This document shows positions 1-7,825 of a DNA stretch of 32,000 nucleotides, in pieces. The translations under genes were made by a program, and so were the position numbers. Source of the stretch: Thermofilum pendens Hrk 5 (GTDB lineage: Archaea > Thermoproteota > Thermoprotei > Thermofilales > Thermofilaceae); NCBI RefSeq assembly GCF_000015225.1, contig NC_008698.1:1410001-1442000 (forward strand), given 5' to 3'. The notes below the pieces were generated by a model. It was not told the origin of the DNA, ran no database searches, and saw nothing but the letters and a program-made list of their open reading frames with translations. Numbering within the stretch: the stretch's first letter is position 1; every line of letters starts with the position of its first letter.

Positions 1-144
1 ATCTAATAAACTTTCCTTTTTAATAAATTTTGGTGAAACTATTCCCCAAATCTCTTTGAATAAACGAGCCAAAAAAGGCTCTATGACAACGGCATAGAAA
101 AGTTAATCTAGCCTTTTGGGCGCCAACTAACCGCCGGTGGAAAC

Positions 145-321
145 ATGCAAGAGAAAAAGTACAAGAAGTACAGGTGCACCGTGTGCGGCTATGTGTACTC
201 TCCGGAGCTAGGAGACCCCGATTCCAACATACCTCCAGGAACACCTTTCGAGGAACTCCCGGAGAACTGGGTTTGCCCGGTCTGCGGCGCAACAAAGGAT
301 TTATTCGAGCCTGTGGAGTAG
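145..321 (+). CDS. rubredoxin (58 aa)
   Basis: ATG at 145, TAG at 319-321. Translation is [58 protein letters not shown]. It has two CxxCG knuckles (CTVCG, CPVCG) with the aromatic core spacing typical of rubredoxin. It is below the ORF-track length cutoff. A BRE/TATA-like agaaaagttaatcta lies at 96-110. Confidence 0.85.
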   Translation: MQEKKYKKYRCTVCGYVYSPELGDPDSNIPPGTPFEELPENWVCPVCGATKDLFEPVE

Positions 322-334
322 CTGCCTCGACGTC

Positions 335-2269
335 TTAGCGGTCTCCGGCGACTACGCTGGAGAACGGTCCTAGAAGCTTTTCTTTGACGCTTCCCGAGCG
401 GAAGAGCACGCTCTGCGCGGGCTCTTCGAGTACGGCTTCGCTTTCGGAGTAGTTTATGGCGACGAGGATGCTTTCGTCGCCGAGTCTCCTCCTGTACACG
501 AGTAGCCCTCCCTCGAATCTCACCGGCTCGAATGCCCCTCTCTGTAGCGCCGCGCTCCTCCTCCTAAGCGACGCCAGCGCCCTCGTAGCCTCCAGTATCG
601 CTTTGTCCCAGGTTGACTCGTCCCAGCGCATGGGGGCCCTGGAACGCTCCATGAACGGCGAGTCCGTGTTCTCCAGGCCTACCTCGTCGCCGTAGTATAT
701 GGAGGGGACCCCCTTGTACGTGAAGAGGAAGACCAGGGCGCAGAGGTACTTGTCCCTGTCGCCCACGAGGGATAGGAGCCTGTCCACGTCGTGGTTGTCG
801 AGGAAGTTGTACATCGCGTACTCCCCGGGGCCGTAGTACACGCTTAGAAGCTCGAGCCTGTTGAGGAACTCCTCGGCGGTTATCTCCCGGTAGGCGAAGA
901 ACCTGAGAACCGCGTCGTAGAGCAGGTAGTTCATAGCGCCGTGGAACTTGTCGAAGAGCCATATGCGCGCGTCGTCCATGACCTCGCCGAAGAGGTAGAC
1001 GTCCCCTGGGAGGGTCTCCCTGAACTCCCTCCAAAGCTCGGGGGGCACGCCGTGCGCCACGTCTAGCCTCCAGCCGTCTACCCCCCTGGAGACCCAGTAC
1101 CTGCCGACGCCGGTTATGAAGCTCCTGACCTCCGGGTTGTCGTGGTTCAGGCGGGGCATCAGCCATACGTCGAAGAAGCTCTCGTACCTCCGCGGGTACT
1201 TCTTCAGCTCGTGCCGCGGCGCCCCGGACCTCAGGGCTTCGAGGAACTCCCGCGGGACGACGGGGAAGCCCAGCACCCTGTAGAAGCCCTTGTACCGCGA
1301 CTCCTCCCCCTTCTCCACGAGGTCCTGGAAGTACGGGTGAAAGAAGCTCGTGTGGTGGAAGACTCCGTCCAGTACTACCCTCATCCCCCTCTTCTTCAGC
1401 TCCGCGAGGAGCCTCCCGAACGCCTCGTCCCCGCCGAGCCTGCCGGCTACGCGGTAGTAGTCCACGACGTCGTAGCCGTGGTAAGTCGTGGACTCGAAGA
1501 TGGGGGTAAGGTACAGCGCGTTCGCCCCCAGCCCCGAGACGTGGTTTAGCCTTTCGGCTATCTCTTCGAGGCCTCCCTCCGCGAACCTGTCCGGCATAAT
1601 CTGGTAGAACACGCTTCCGTACACCCACTCCGGCACCCGGATAAGGCTTTCCAGGGACTTGACGTCTACGGAGAACTCCCCGTAGCGGTGGAGCCTCCCT
1701 CCCCCGAGAACCTCAAAGTAGTAGGATACCTCCCCGCCCGCCTCGAGGCTCGCCTCGTAGTAGTCGAATACCTCGTCGCGGGCCTTCAGCCTCATCTCCA
1801 GCCTCCTGCCGTCGACAACCAAGAAAGCCTTCTGGAGGCTCCCCCTGAGCGCCCTGAGCCTAACGAAGAGCACGCCCCCGAAGGGGTAAACGTAGGTCAA
1901 GCTCGGGTAGTGGTACAATGCCTCCTCGCAGAAGCCGTTGCAGGACGCCGGGTCGAAGCCAAGGAGCTTAGCCACGCTAACCCTCTCCTCAAACTTGTAA
2001 GCCCTCCTCGAGTAGACGGTGGTCTCGGGGTTCTCCGGGTCGACCGCGCGCCTACCCCCCAGCGAGAAGAGGTAGTACCAGACCCCCTCGGGTAGCTCTA
2101 CCTCGACGACCCACCTGTCGCCCGCGCCCCGCATCCTGAAGCTTCCCTCGTTAAACGCGTTGAAGTTGCCGAGCAGGTAGGCGTACTCCCCCTCCCTCGG
2201 GGCGCTGAACTCCGCCTTCACAACCCTGCCGAGGTAGACGTCGTCCCTGAAGCCTAGAACCCTGTACAC
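335..2269 (-). CDS. GH13 alpha-amylase family glycoside hydrolase (cyclomaltodextrinase/neopullulanase-like, cytoplasmic)
   Basis: 644 aa with a GTG start. The four GH13 conserved regions are visible: VVLDGVFHHTS, DGWRLDVAHGV, LFGEVMDD and FLDNHD. The N-terminus looks like an E-set/CBM48-like beta domain. No signal peptide. A TATA-like cttataag lies about 35 nt upstream on the minus strand. Confidence 0.85.
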   Translation of the reverse strand: MYRVLGFRDDVYLGRVVKAEFSAPREGEYAYLLGNFNAFNEGSFRMRGAGDRWVVEVELPEGVWYYLFSLGGRRAVDPENPETTVYSRRAYKFEERVSVAKLLGFDPASCNGFCEEALYHYPSLTYVYPFGGVLFVRLRALRGSLQKAFLVVDGRRLEMRLKARDEVFDYYEASLEAGGEVSYYFEVLGGGRLHRYGEFSVDVKSLESLIRVPEWVYGSVFYQIMPDRFAEGGLEEIAERLNHVSGLGANALYLTPIFESTTYHGYDVVDYYRVAGRLGGDEAFGRLLAELKKRGMRVVLDGVFHHTSFFHPYFQDLVEKGEESRYKGFYRVLGFPVVPREFLEALRSGAPRHELKKYPRRYESFFDVWLMPRLNHDNPEVRSFITGVGRYWVSRGVDGWRLDVAHGVPPELWREFRETLPGDVYLFGEVMDDARIWLFDKFHGAMNYLLYDAVLRFFAYREITAEEFLNRLELLSVYYGPGEYAMYNFLDNHDVDRLLSLVGDRDKYLCALVFLFTYKGVPSIYYGDEVGLENTDSPFMERSRAPMRWDESTWDKAILEATRALASLRRRSAALQRGAFEPVRFEGGLLVYRRRLGDESILVAINYSESEAVLEEPAQSVLFRSGSVKEKLLGPFSSVVAGDR

Positions 2270-2447
2270 GCCTGCCCACCGCGCAGAAGCATCCCCGATT
2301 GCTTATAAGAATGCCGTATTTCGGCGCGTTTATCCCCGGCGGCGTCGGGGCGCAGGCTCCTCACGGGTCAGCCGTCTCCTCCCTCCTCACCCCTCGGCCC
2401 CGCGGGGTCAAGCAATACACCGGGCGGGGCGCCTTAAGCTTTACGCG

Positions 2448-2789
2448 CTAGAACTCCTCGTAAACGTCGATAAACCTCTTGTACCACTCCTCGAACTCCC
2501 TGGGCGTAGCCACGTGTAGCTCTACAGGGTCCCTGAAGCCCAGCCTTTCGTATATCTTCGCCGCGACCTCGGCTCTGCTCAGCGCGTCGACAGCCTTCTC
2601 GGTTACCACGAGGACGTCTACGTCGCTGTCTACCCTGTAGTCACCCCTAGCCGCCGAGCCGAAGAGTATCACCCTGCAGTCCCTGTCCACCTCCTCGACG
2701 CAGATCCTCTTGATCAGCCTCGCGTAGTCCCTCGCGTGGGCGAGGATCTCCCTCCTCCTACTCCAGTTCTCAAAGAACTTTGAGAGCAT
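2448..2789 (-). CDS. minimal nucleotidyltransferase (Pol-beta superfamily, MNT antitoxin-like)
   Basis: 113 aa. Carries the GS-x10-DxD signature LFGSAARGDYRVDSDVDVLVV typical of MNT/KNTase-type nucleotidyltransferases. Confidence 0.8.
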   Translation of the reverse strand: MLSKFFENWSRRREILAHARDYARLIKRICVEEVDRDCRVILFGSAARGDYRVDSDVDVLVVTEKAVDALSRAEVAAKIYERLGFRDPVELHVATPREFEEWYKRFIDVYEEF

Positions 2790-3046
2790 CCAGGATCGTA
2801 TACGCTATACGAGCCTTAATTACCTTTACCCCTTCACAACCCACGGCGCAGTCAGTAGAGTAGTGTAACTCTCCTAGCGAGGCGCTATCAAGCACCCCGC
2901 CGTTCTACGTCTGCGTACCGGGCCCTCCGATGCTCCCGTGAGCTAACCTTAAGAGCATGGAGCCCGGTATACAGTTGCCGGGTGATGAGCCTCGATTCCG
3001 GGGGCACGGCGGGTGCCCGGCCGCTGTCCCCGGCTGACGGGAGGCG

Positions 3047-3568
3047 CTACAGCTTCTCGAGCCTCTCGGCTACGTAGCCGTAGCACGGGGAGCCGGCGTG
3101 CGGTACGAGCTCGTCGCCCACGACGTGCACCACCCTGAAACCCCTGGCTACCAGCGCGTCCGCCACGAACTGCCTGTGGCAGTGCTCGGGCTTCCTCTCC
3201 CTGCACAGCAGGAGCGGCCTCAGCCCCCTCGACGCCATCTCCCCGATCCTCGAGAGGGCCGCCAGAGCCCCGGGGTCCGAGACCAGGTAGGCAACGTATA
3301 CCCGGAAGGTCGGGGAGTCCGTGCACGGGGCCTCGCCGAGCTCTCCGCGCCGCCTAGCCATGCCTAGCGCTCCTAGCTCGCCCATCCACTCGTAGCCGAC
3401 GCCTGCCTCCGCGAGCCACGCGGACAGCTTGTCGCCCGAGAAGAACTCCACCTTCGACCTAGGGTACCTCCTCACGTCCACCACGACCCTCACGCCCAGC
3501 GAGAAGACTTTCTCCGCGAAGCGCTCCGGGCTCAGCCCCCCGTAGCCCAGGGTGTAAACCTCGCCCAC
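3047..3568 (-). CDS. DUF488 family protein
   Basis: 173 aa with a GTG start. The N-terminal pattern VYTLGYGGLSPERF...VVVDVRRYPRSKVEFFSGDKLSAWLAEAGVGYEWMGELG matches the DUF488 consensus as I recall it (iyTiGhs..F..L...lvDvR..P.S....f....L...L...gi.Y.....LG). Confidence 0.7.
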   Translation of the reverse strand: MGEVYTLGYGGLSPERFAEKVFSLGVRVVVDVRRYPRSKVEFFSGDKLSAWLAEAGVGYEWMGELGALGMARRRGELGEAPCTDSPTFRVYVAYLVSDPGALAALSRIGEMASRGLRPLLLCRERKPEHCHRQFVADALVARGFRVVHVVGDELVPHAGSPCYGYVAERLEKL

Positions 3569-3900
3569 GCGCCACTCATCCCGGCGAAACGTATATGGCT
3601 TACTCCCGCCTTTCCCCTAGCGGCGATGAAGAGGGAAGTTTCAGCCGAGGCATGAGGCCTAGCCCCACCACTGAGCCGCGCAGCTTAGCGTGCCTAAAAG
3701 TTTTCACAGGAAATTAGGCAAGAAGTTTCAACGCCCGTCAGCCTTAATAGTGCGCCCCCATGGTATATTATGGGCGTGAGGTGTGGAGAGGTACGCGGAC
3801 ATAGTCCAGGAGTTGAAGCGGCTGCGGAGGTCGAGGAGGAGGATAAAGTTCATAGGGTACATCAGGAAGACAGGGAGAACTGCTAGCTACGTGAGGGTAG

Positions 3901-4323
3901 ATGGGGATAAGGGTAAGGGTTAGGATAGTGGTGGGGGAGCGATCTCTCGAAACGTCTGCCCTGCTGAACTCGGGCTTCGAGAGCGATGAGCCCGACGTGT
4001 GCATACCCGTCGCCCTGGCGAGGAGGCTCGGTTTATGGCCGCCGCAGGAGGTGAGGGGCGAGGATGCCTTTACGGCGGGAGGCGAGGTGACGCTCTACGT
4101 TCTCAGCGCCCAGGCCCGCATCCAGCTACTGGCTGGCGGCGAGGTGAAGAGTGAGGCCGCGTGCGTGCTGGTAGTGAACCCTTACGTGGACGAGGTCTTG
4201 CTCAGCGACTACGTTATGGACGAGCTCGGCGTAGTAGCTTTGAGCTTCAGGAGGGGTCTCTGGAGGCACGCTAGCGATCCCCCCTCGACCGTCAGGGAGA
4301 GCGAGAAACCCGAGTACTGGTAG
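3901..4323 (+). CDS. retropepsin-like clan AA aspartic protease homologue (AF_0612 / DTGF family) with NSGF in place of DTGF
   Basis: 140 aa. The layout MGIRVRVRIVVGERSLETSALLNSGFESDEPDVCIPVALARRLGL...TAGGEV...LLSDYVMDELGVVALSF follows the small archaeal retropepsin-like family. The active-site position reads N-S-G-F, with an AAC codon. Confidence 0.5.
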   Translation: MGIRVRVRIVVGERSLETSALLNSGFESDEPDVCIPVALARRLGLWPPQEVRGEDAFTAGGEVTLYVLSAQARIQLLAGGEVKSEAACVLVVNPYVDEVLLSDYVMDELGVVALSFRRGLWRHASDPPSTVRESEKPEYW

Positions 4324-4340
4324 CCCCTCCGCGCGACGGT

Positions 4341-4368
4341 AAGGAAAACTAGATAAAATGGTTTCCTT
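4341..4368. promoter_or_regulatory. 7-bp perfect inverted repeat AAGGAAA-N14-TTTCCTT bracketing the TATA box of the ABC exporter operon
   Basis: AAGGAAA at 4341-4347 and TTTCCTT at 4362-4368. The 14-nt spacer actagataaaatgg contains the TATA-like agataaaat. The start codons lie at 4377 and 4380. Confidence 0.35.
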
Positions 4369-4376
4369 CAACTGGT

Positions 4377-5138
4377 GTGATGTCCCAGCAGGTTTACGCC
4401 GTGGAGGCTGTCGACCTCTACAAGAGCTACGGGGATACCTGGGCTCTCAACGGGCTTACGATGAGGATTGGTCCGGGCGAGATCTACGGGCTCTTGGGGC
4501 CGAACGGGGCCGGGAAGACTACTACGCTGAAGATCCTGGCGGGGTTGCTTAAGCCGTCGAGGGGCTACGCCAGGATCTACGGCGTGGAGGTCTCCAGTAG
4601 GCGCGTCGAGGCGTTGAGGCTCGTCGGCTATGTGCCGGAGAACCCCGTCGTCTTCCAGAACTTGACTGTAGAGGAGTTCCTGAGGTTCGTCGCGGCGCTT
4701 AGGGGGCTTGACTGGCGCGAGGTTTCGGGCGACGCCGAGTACTACCTCGAGGTCTTCGGGCTTGCCGGTAGGAAGGACTCCTTCATGGGCGAGCTGTCTA
4801 GGGGGATGGTGCAGAAGGTCCTGGTCTCCGCGGCGTTCCTGGTTAGGCCGAAGGTCCTCCTGATGGACGAGCCGACGGCCGGGATGGACCCCGAGTCCCA
4901 GCACGTGTTCAAGGAGGAGGTTAGGAGGCTCTCGTCGAAGGGTGTGACGTCGCTGATCTCGAGCCACCAGCTCGACTCCGTGGAGAGGCTCTGCACCCGC
5001 GTGGGGATAATCTACAAGGGTAGGCTGATCGCGGAGGGAACCGTGGAGGAGCTCAAGAGCAGGGTCTCCGAGAAGCCCGGGAGCACGCTCGAGGAGGCCT
5101 TCCTGAAAATAGTGAAGTCGGGGGAGTCCGGGGGGTAG
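4377..5138 (+). CDS. ABC transporter ATP-binding protein (ABC-2/DrrA-like exporter type)
   Basis: Walker A GPNGAGKTT, signature-like LSRGMVQKV, Walker B VLLMDEPTAGMD and H-loop SSHQ. The ORF opens GTG-ATG, so ATG at 4380 is an equally good or better start given the TATA at 4351-4359. Confidence 0.9.
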   Translation: MMSQQVYAVEAVDLYKSYGDTWALNGLTMRIGPGEIYGLLGPNGAGKTTTLKILAGLLKPSRGYARIYGVEVSSRRVEALRLVGYVPENPVVFQNLTVEEFLRFVAALRGLDWREVSGDAEYYLEVFGLAGRKDSFMGELSRGMVQKVLVSAAFLVRPKVLLMDEPTAGMDPESQHVFKEEVRRLSSKGVTSLISSHQLDSVERLCTRVGIIYKGRLIAEGTVEELKSRVSEKPGSTLEEAFLKIVKSGESGG

Positions 5139-5140
5139 GC

Positions 5141-6778
5141 GTGGACCCCGCCAAGGCGCTCGCGCTCTTCAAGTACCTCGTGAAGAACGACGTGGTCAAC
5201 CCGTTGCTTAAGCCTTTCCGCAGGAGGATGTGGGTTCTCAAGCTACTCTTAGCGGTGCTTATTGCCCTGCTGGTAGCACTGGTGCTCCTCCCCAAAGTCG
5301 GGGCCCCGCAGAAGACCGGCGAGACGTCAGGAGCTGGGCAGATACGCGGCTTCCTGCGCTCGCTGGGTCTCGACAAGGAAAAGCTGATAGACATTCTCAG
5401 CGCGCTCACGCTCCTGTACCCGCTCGCGAGCATAGCCTTCATGCGCCCGCTAGCTCCAGGGAGGCGGGACGCCGTGCTCATAGTCAGAGAGGCAGAGTAC
5501 GAGCTCGTGCTCTCGCAGCCCGTAGGCATGGACACGTACATCGCTGGACACGCCCTCTTCGACGTAGCCGCGTCCGCCCTGCCGATAATCAGCCTCGCCG
5601 GCCTTATACCCCTCGCCCTCGACGTAAGCGGGGGCTCTGCGAAGGCTTTCCTTCTACCACTCTCGGCACTCCTTCAGGTGCTTTTCCTCTCGTACTTACG
5701 CTTATCAGTCGGAGTGTTGCGGAAAGCGCTCAGCTCCAAGGGCTGGACTCTCCCGGCTAGGAGTATAGCCGCGGCGTACGCCGTGGGAGGAGTCGCACAC
5801 TCCCTGGTCGAGGGTCGCGTATCGCCGCTACTCTCGCTACCCCTTAGGCCCGTCTGGGAGTGCGTTATCTACCCGTTTACCCGCGCGGAGACTGTGGCGG
5901 ACCTCCTGCTAGCCTTAGCGGAGACCGCGCTGGTAACGCTTCTCTTGTTCGCTGCCGCGGTACGGCTGAGCGTGTACGTATCCCCCGAGGACGTGCTACC
6001 GCTGGAATACTTGTTCAGGGAGGCCTCCTCGAGGAAAGGGATAGCGCGGGGGCCTAGCCTCGACTTCAGCTCCCCGGAGTCCGCGGTTAAGTCCTTCGTG
6101 CTCCGGAGGAGCTTGCTGAGCCCCGGACACCTCAAGGGCTTCTCGGTTCTCCTCGCCGCCTCGGTAGCCGTGGCGCTGGTAGCTGTGAGATTGCTGGGCC
6201 CGCTGAAGGGGGAGGCGCTAATGCTTGTACCCGTGTTTCTGGTCTATATGGCGATGATCCCGCTCTTTGGCTTTCTCTCCCAGAAGCTCGCGGAGGATGT
6301 CCAGGCGTACTGGGTCTACAGGGTGTACTCGGCGAGCATGGAGCACGTTGCAGGCGCCCTCCTGGTGAAGTACGCTGTCCACATGGCCGAGGGAGCCCTC
6401 GTAGTCTCGGCTGTCCACGCTGTTCTGGCGTGGAGCCCCTTGCCCCTCTTGCTACCCCTGGTGGCGGCGCCCGGCTTCGTTGTGACAGGATTTCTGTCGC
6501 TGGCGTCCACGCTTTACTTCGCCTCGAAGAGGAAGGTCGTGAGGTACTCGTACGGCGGTACCACGGTGCTGGAGGGCCTCGCCTCAGGCGCGGTGATGGT
6601 CATTACGATCGTATTCCTGATACTCCTCGAACTCGCCTTCTACCTCTTCACGTCGCTCAACGCCTGGAGCTGGGCTTCTGTCCTCTCGGCAGCCTCCGTC
6701 GCGACTTCGGCGCTTCTCTACGCCCTGCTCAAACGCGCGCTGTCCGAGATGGCGGAGGAGTACGACGTAGCAACCTAG
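5141..6778 (+). CDS. polytopic membrane protein, putative permease partner of the preceding ABC ATPase
   Basis: 545 aa. The GTG start lies 2 nt after the ATPase stop. Many hydrophobic segments run along the whole length. I recognise no family motif. Confidence 0.6.
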   Translation: MDPAKALALFKYLVKNDVVNPLLKPFRRRMWVLKLLLAVLIALLVALVLLPKVGAPQKTGETSGAGQIRGFLRSLGLDKEKLIDILSALTLLYPLASIAFMRPLAPGRRDAVLIVREAEYELVLSQPVGMDTYIAGHALFDVAASALPIISLAGLIPLALDVSGGSAKAFLLPLSALLQVLFLSYLRLSVGVLRKALSSKGWTLPARSIAAAYAVGGVAHSLVEGRVSPLLSLPLRPVWECVIYPFTRAETVADLLLALAETALVTLLLFAAAVRLSVYVSPEDVLPLEYLFREASSRKGIARGPSLDFSSPESAVKSFVLRRSLLSPGHLKGFSVLLAASVAVALVAVRLLGPLKGEALMLVPVFLVYMAMIPLFGFLSQKLAEDVQAYWVYRVYSASMEHVAGALLVKYAVHMAEGALVVSAVHAVLAWSPLPLLLPLVAAPGFVVTGFLSLASTLYFASKRKVVRYSYGGTTVLEGLASGAVMVITIVFLILLELAFYLFTSLNAWSWASVLSAASVATSALLYALLKRALSEMAEEYDVAT

Positions 6779-7125
6779 CCTTCGCAGCGCGCTGCGCCGC
6801 CTTCAGAGACCCTCTCCAACCTGTCTGCGAGCGTCCTCAGGTACGCTATACCCTCTTTGAGTAGCCTCCGCCCCCGCTCGGTTATGCGGTAGTACTTCCT
6901 CCTGTCCCTGTAGTAGCCCTCTATGAAGCCCTCCGCTTCCAGCTTGCCCGTAACCACGTAGAACACGACCTTTCCGGCGTCGACCCCGAAGTCCTCCAGG
7001 ACTGCCCTGCGCAACGCGTAGGGGTAGCAGTCCCCCTTGGCGAGCTCTGCGAGAACGTAGAGCCAGAGGTTCTCCACGCCCGTCTTCTCCCTCAGCCTCC
7101 TCATCGGCTTCGAGTCTACCTCCAC
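6775..7125 (-). CDS. PadR family transcriptional regulator
   Basis: The winged-helix pattern NLWLYVLAELAKGDCYPYALRRAV...VVTGKLEAEGFIEGYYRDRRKYYRITERGRRLL is typical of PadR. Start is GTG at 7125, or ATG at 7104 (MRRLREK...). The 3-prime end overlaps the convergent permease gene by 4 nt. Confidence 0.8.
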   Translation of the reverse strand: MEVDSKPMRRLREKTGVENLWLYVLAELAKGDCYPYALRRAVLEDFGVDAGKVVFYVVTGKLEAEGFIEGYYRDRRKYYRITERGRRLLKEGIAYLRTLADRLERVSEGGAARCEG

Positions 7126-7176
7126 GCCCGCGAGAACGCGCTAGGGTTTAAAAACCTTGAGAGCCTTTGTTTACCC

Positions 7177-7824
7177 ATGCTCTACGGGGATTTGAGAAGA
7201 GAGGTTGCGGACGCCTTCAGGCGGCTCGAGGAGCTCGGGCTGAACTGGGGGTACAGCGGGAATATCAGCGTGCGCGCGGGGCAGGGCGTCTACGTCGTGT
7301 CGCCGAGCGGCGTCTTGAAGTCGAAGCTTAGGCCCGAGGACGTCCTCGTCGTCCGGGAGGACGGGTCGGTGGTCGACGGCAGGGGGAAGCCCTCCGTGGA
7401 GTTTAAGACCCACCTGGCGGTCTACAGGGCGAGGCGGGACGTGAACGCGGTTGTCCACGCGCACCCCGTCTACTCCGGCGTCCTGGCGGCGCTGAGGGTG
7501 GGGCTTAAGCCCGTGCTGGAAGAGCTCGTACTGTACCTCGGCGGGCCGATAGAGGTCGCGGAGTACGCCCCTCCCGGCACCGAGGAGCTCGCGAGGAACG
7601 TCGTTAAAGCTCTGGGCGACAGGTGCGCGGTCTTAATGGCTAACCACGGGGCGCTCGCCTGCGGCTCCACGCTCGAGGAGGCTATAGCAAACCTGGGGTA
7701 CCTGGAGAGGGCGGCGAAGGTGGCCGTGTACTCCCGCATCCTCGGCACTCCGTTCGAGCTACCGGAGGAGACTGTGGAGCTGGAGAGGAGGCTCTACCTC
7801 GAGAGGAGGTTCGGGAAGGCCTAG
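7177..7824 (+). CDS. class II aldolase/adducin family protein (L-fuculose-phosphate aldolase-like)
   Basis: SGNISVR, PSVEFKTH (catalytic Glu position), metal ligands in VVHAHP and ANHGAL. 215 aa. A TATA tttaaaaa lies 23 nt upstream. Confidence 0.85.
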   Translation: MLYGDLRREVADAFRRLEELGLNWGYSGNISVRAGQGVYVVSPSGVLKSKLRPEDVLVVREDGSVVDGRGKPSVEFKTHLAVYRARRDVNAVVHAHPVYSGVLAALRVGLKPVLEELVLYLGGPIEVAEYAPPGTEELARNVVKALGDRCAVLMANHGALACGSTLEEAIANLGYLERAAKVAVYSRILGTPFELPEETVELERRLYLERRFGKA

Positions 7825-7825
7825 G

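Noticed and set aside
20-295. 91-aa minus-strand ORF from the track
   Set aside because: It is antisense to a textbook rubredoxin gene. Its translation is low-complexity and Cys/Arg/Ser-rich with no motif, so it is a shadow ORF.
564-1628. 354-aa minus-strand ORF, plus several plus-strand ORFs of 79-135 aa, inside the amylase gene
   Set aside because: It is an alternative frame of the GH13 gene. The Arg/Gly/Pro-rich translation is typical of off-frame reading of GC-rich coding DNA. The GH13 frame carries all four catalytic-region motifs.
2770-2895. 41-aa GTG-initiated minus-strand ORF overlapping the MNT gene start
   Set aside because: It runs through the MNT promoter and has no recognisable motif or coupling geometry. 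It is not HEPN-like in size or sequence.
2977-3040. Possible C/D box sRNA (GUGAUGA at 2982-2988, CUGA at 3034-3037, 55-nt span)
   Set aside because: No recognisable internal D-prime/C-prime boxes. The terminal stem is essentially absent, with only one flanking pair. The would-be guide regions form a strong internal GC hairpin (3002-3018), unlike archaeal C/D sRNAs. Box matches this short are expected by chance.
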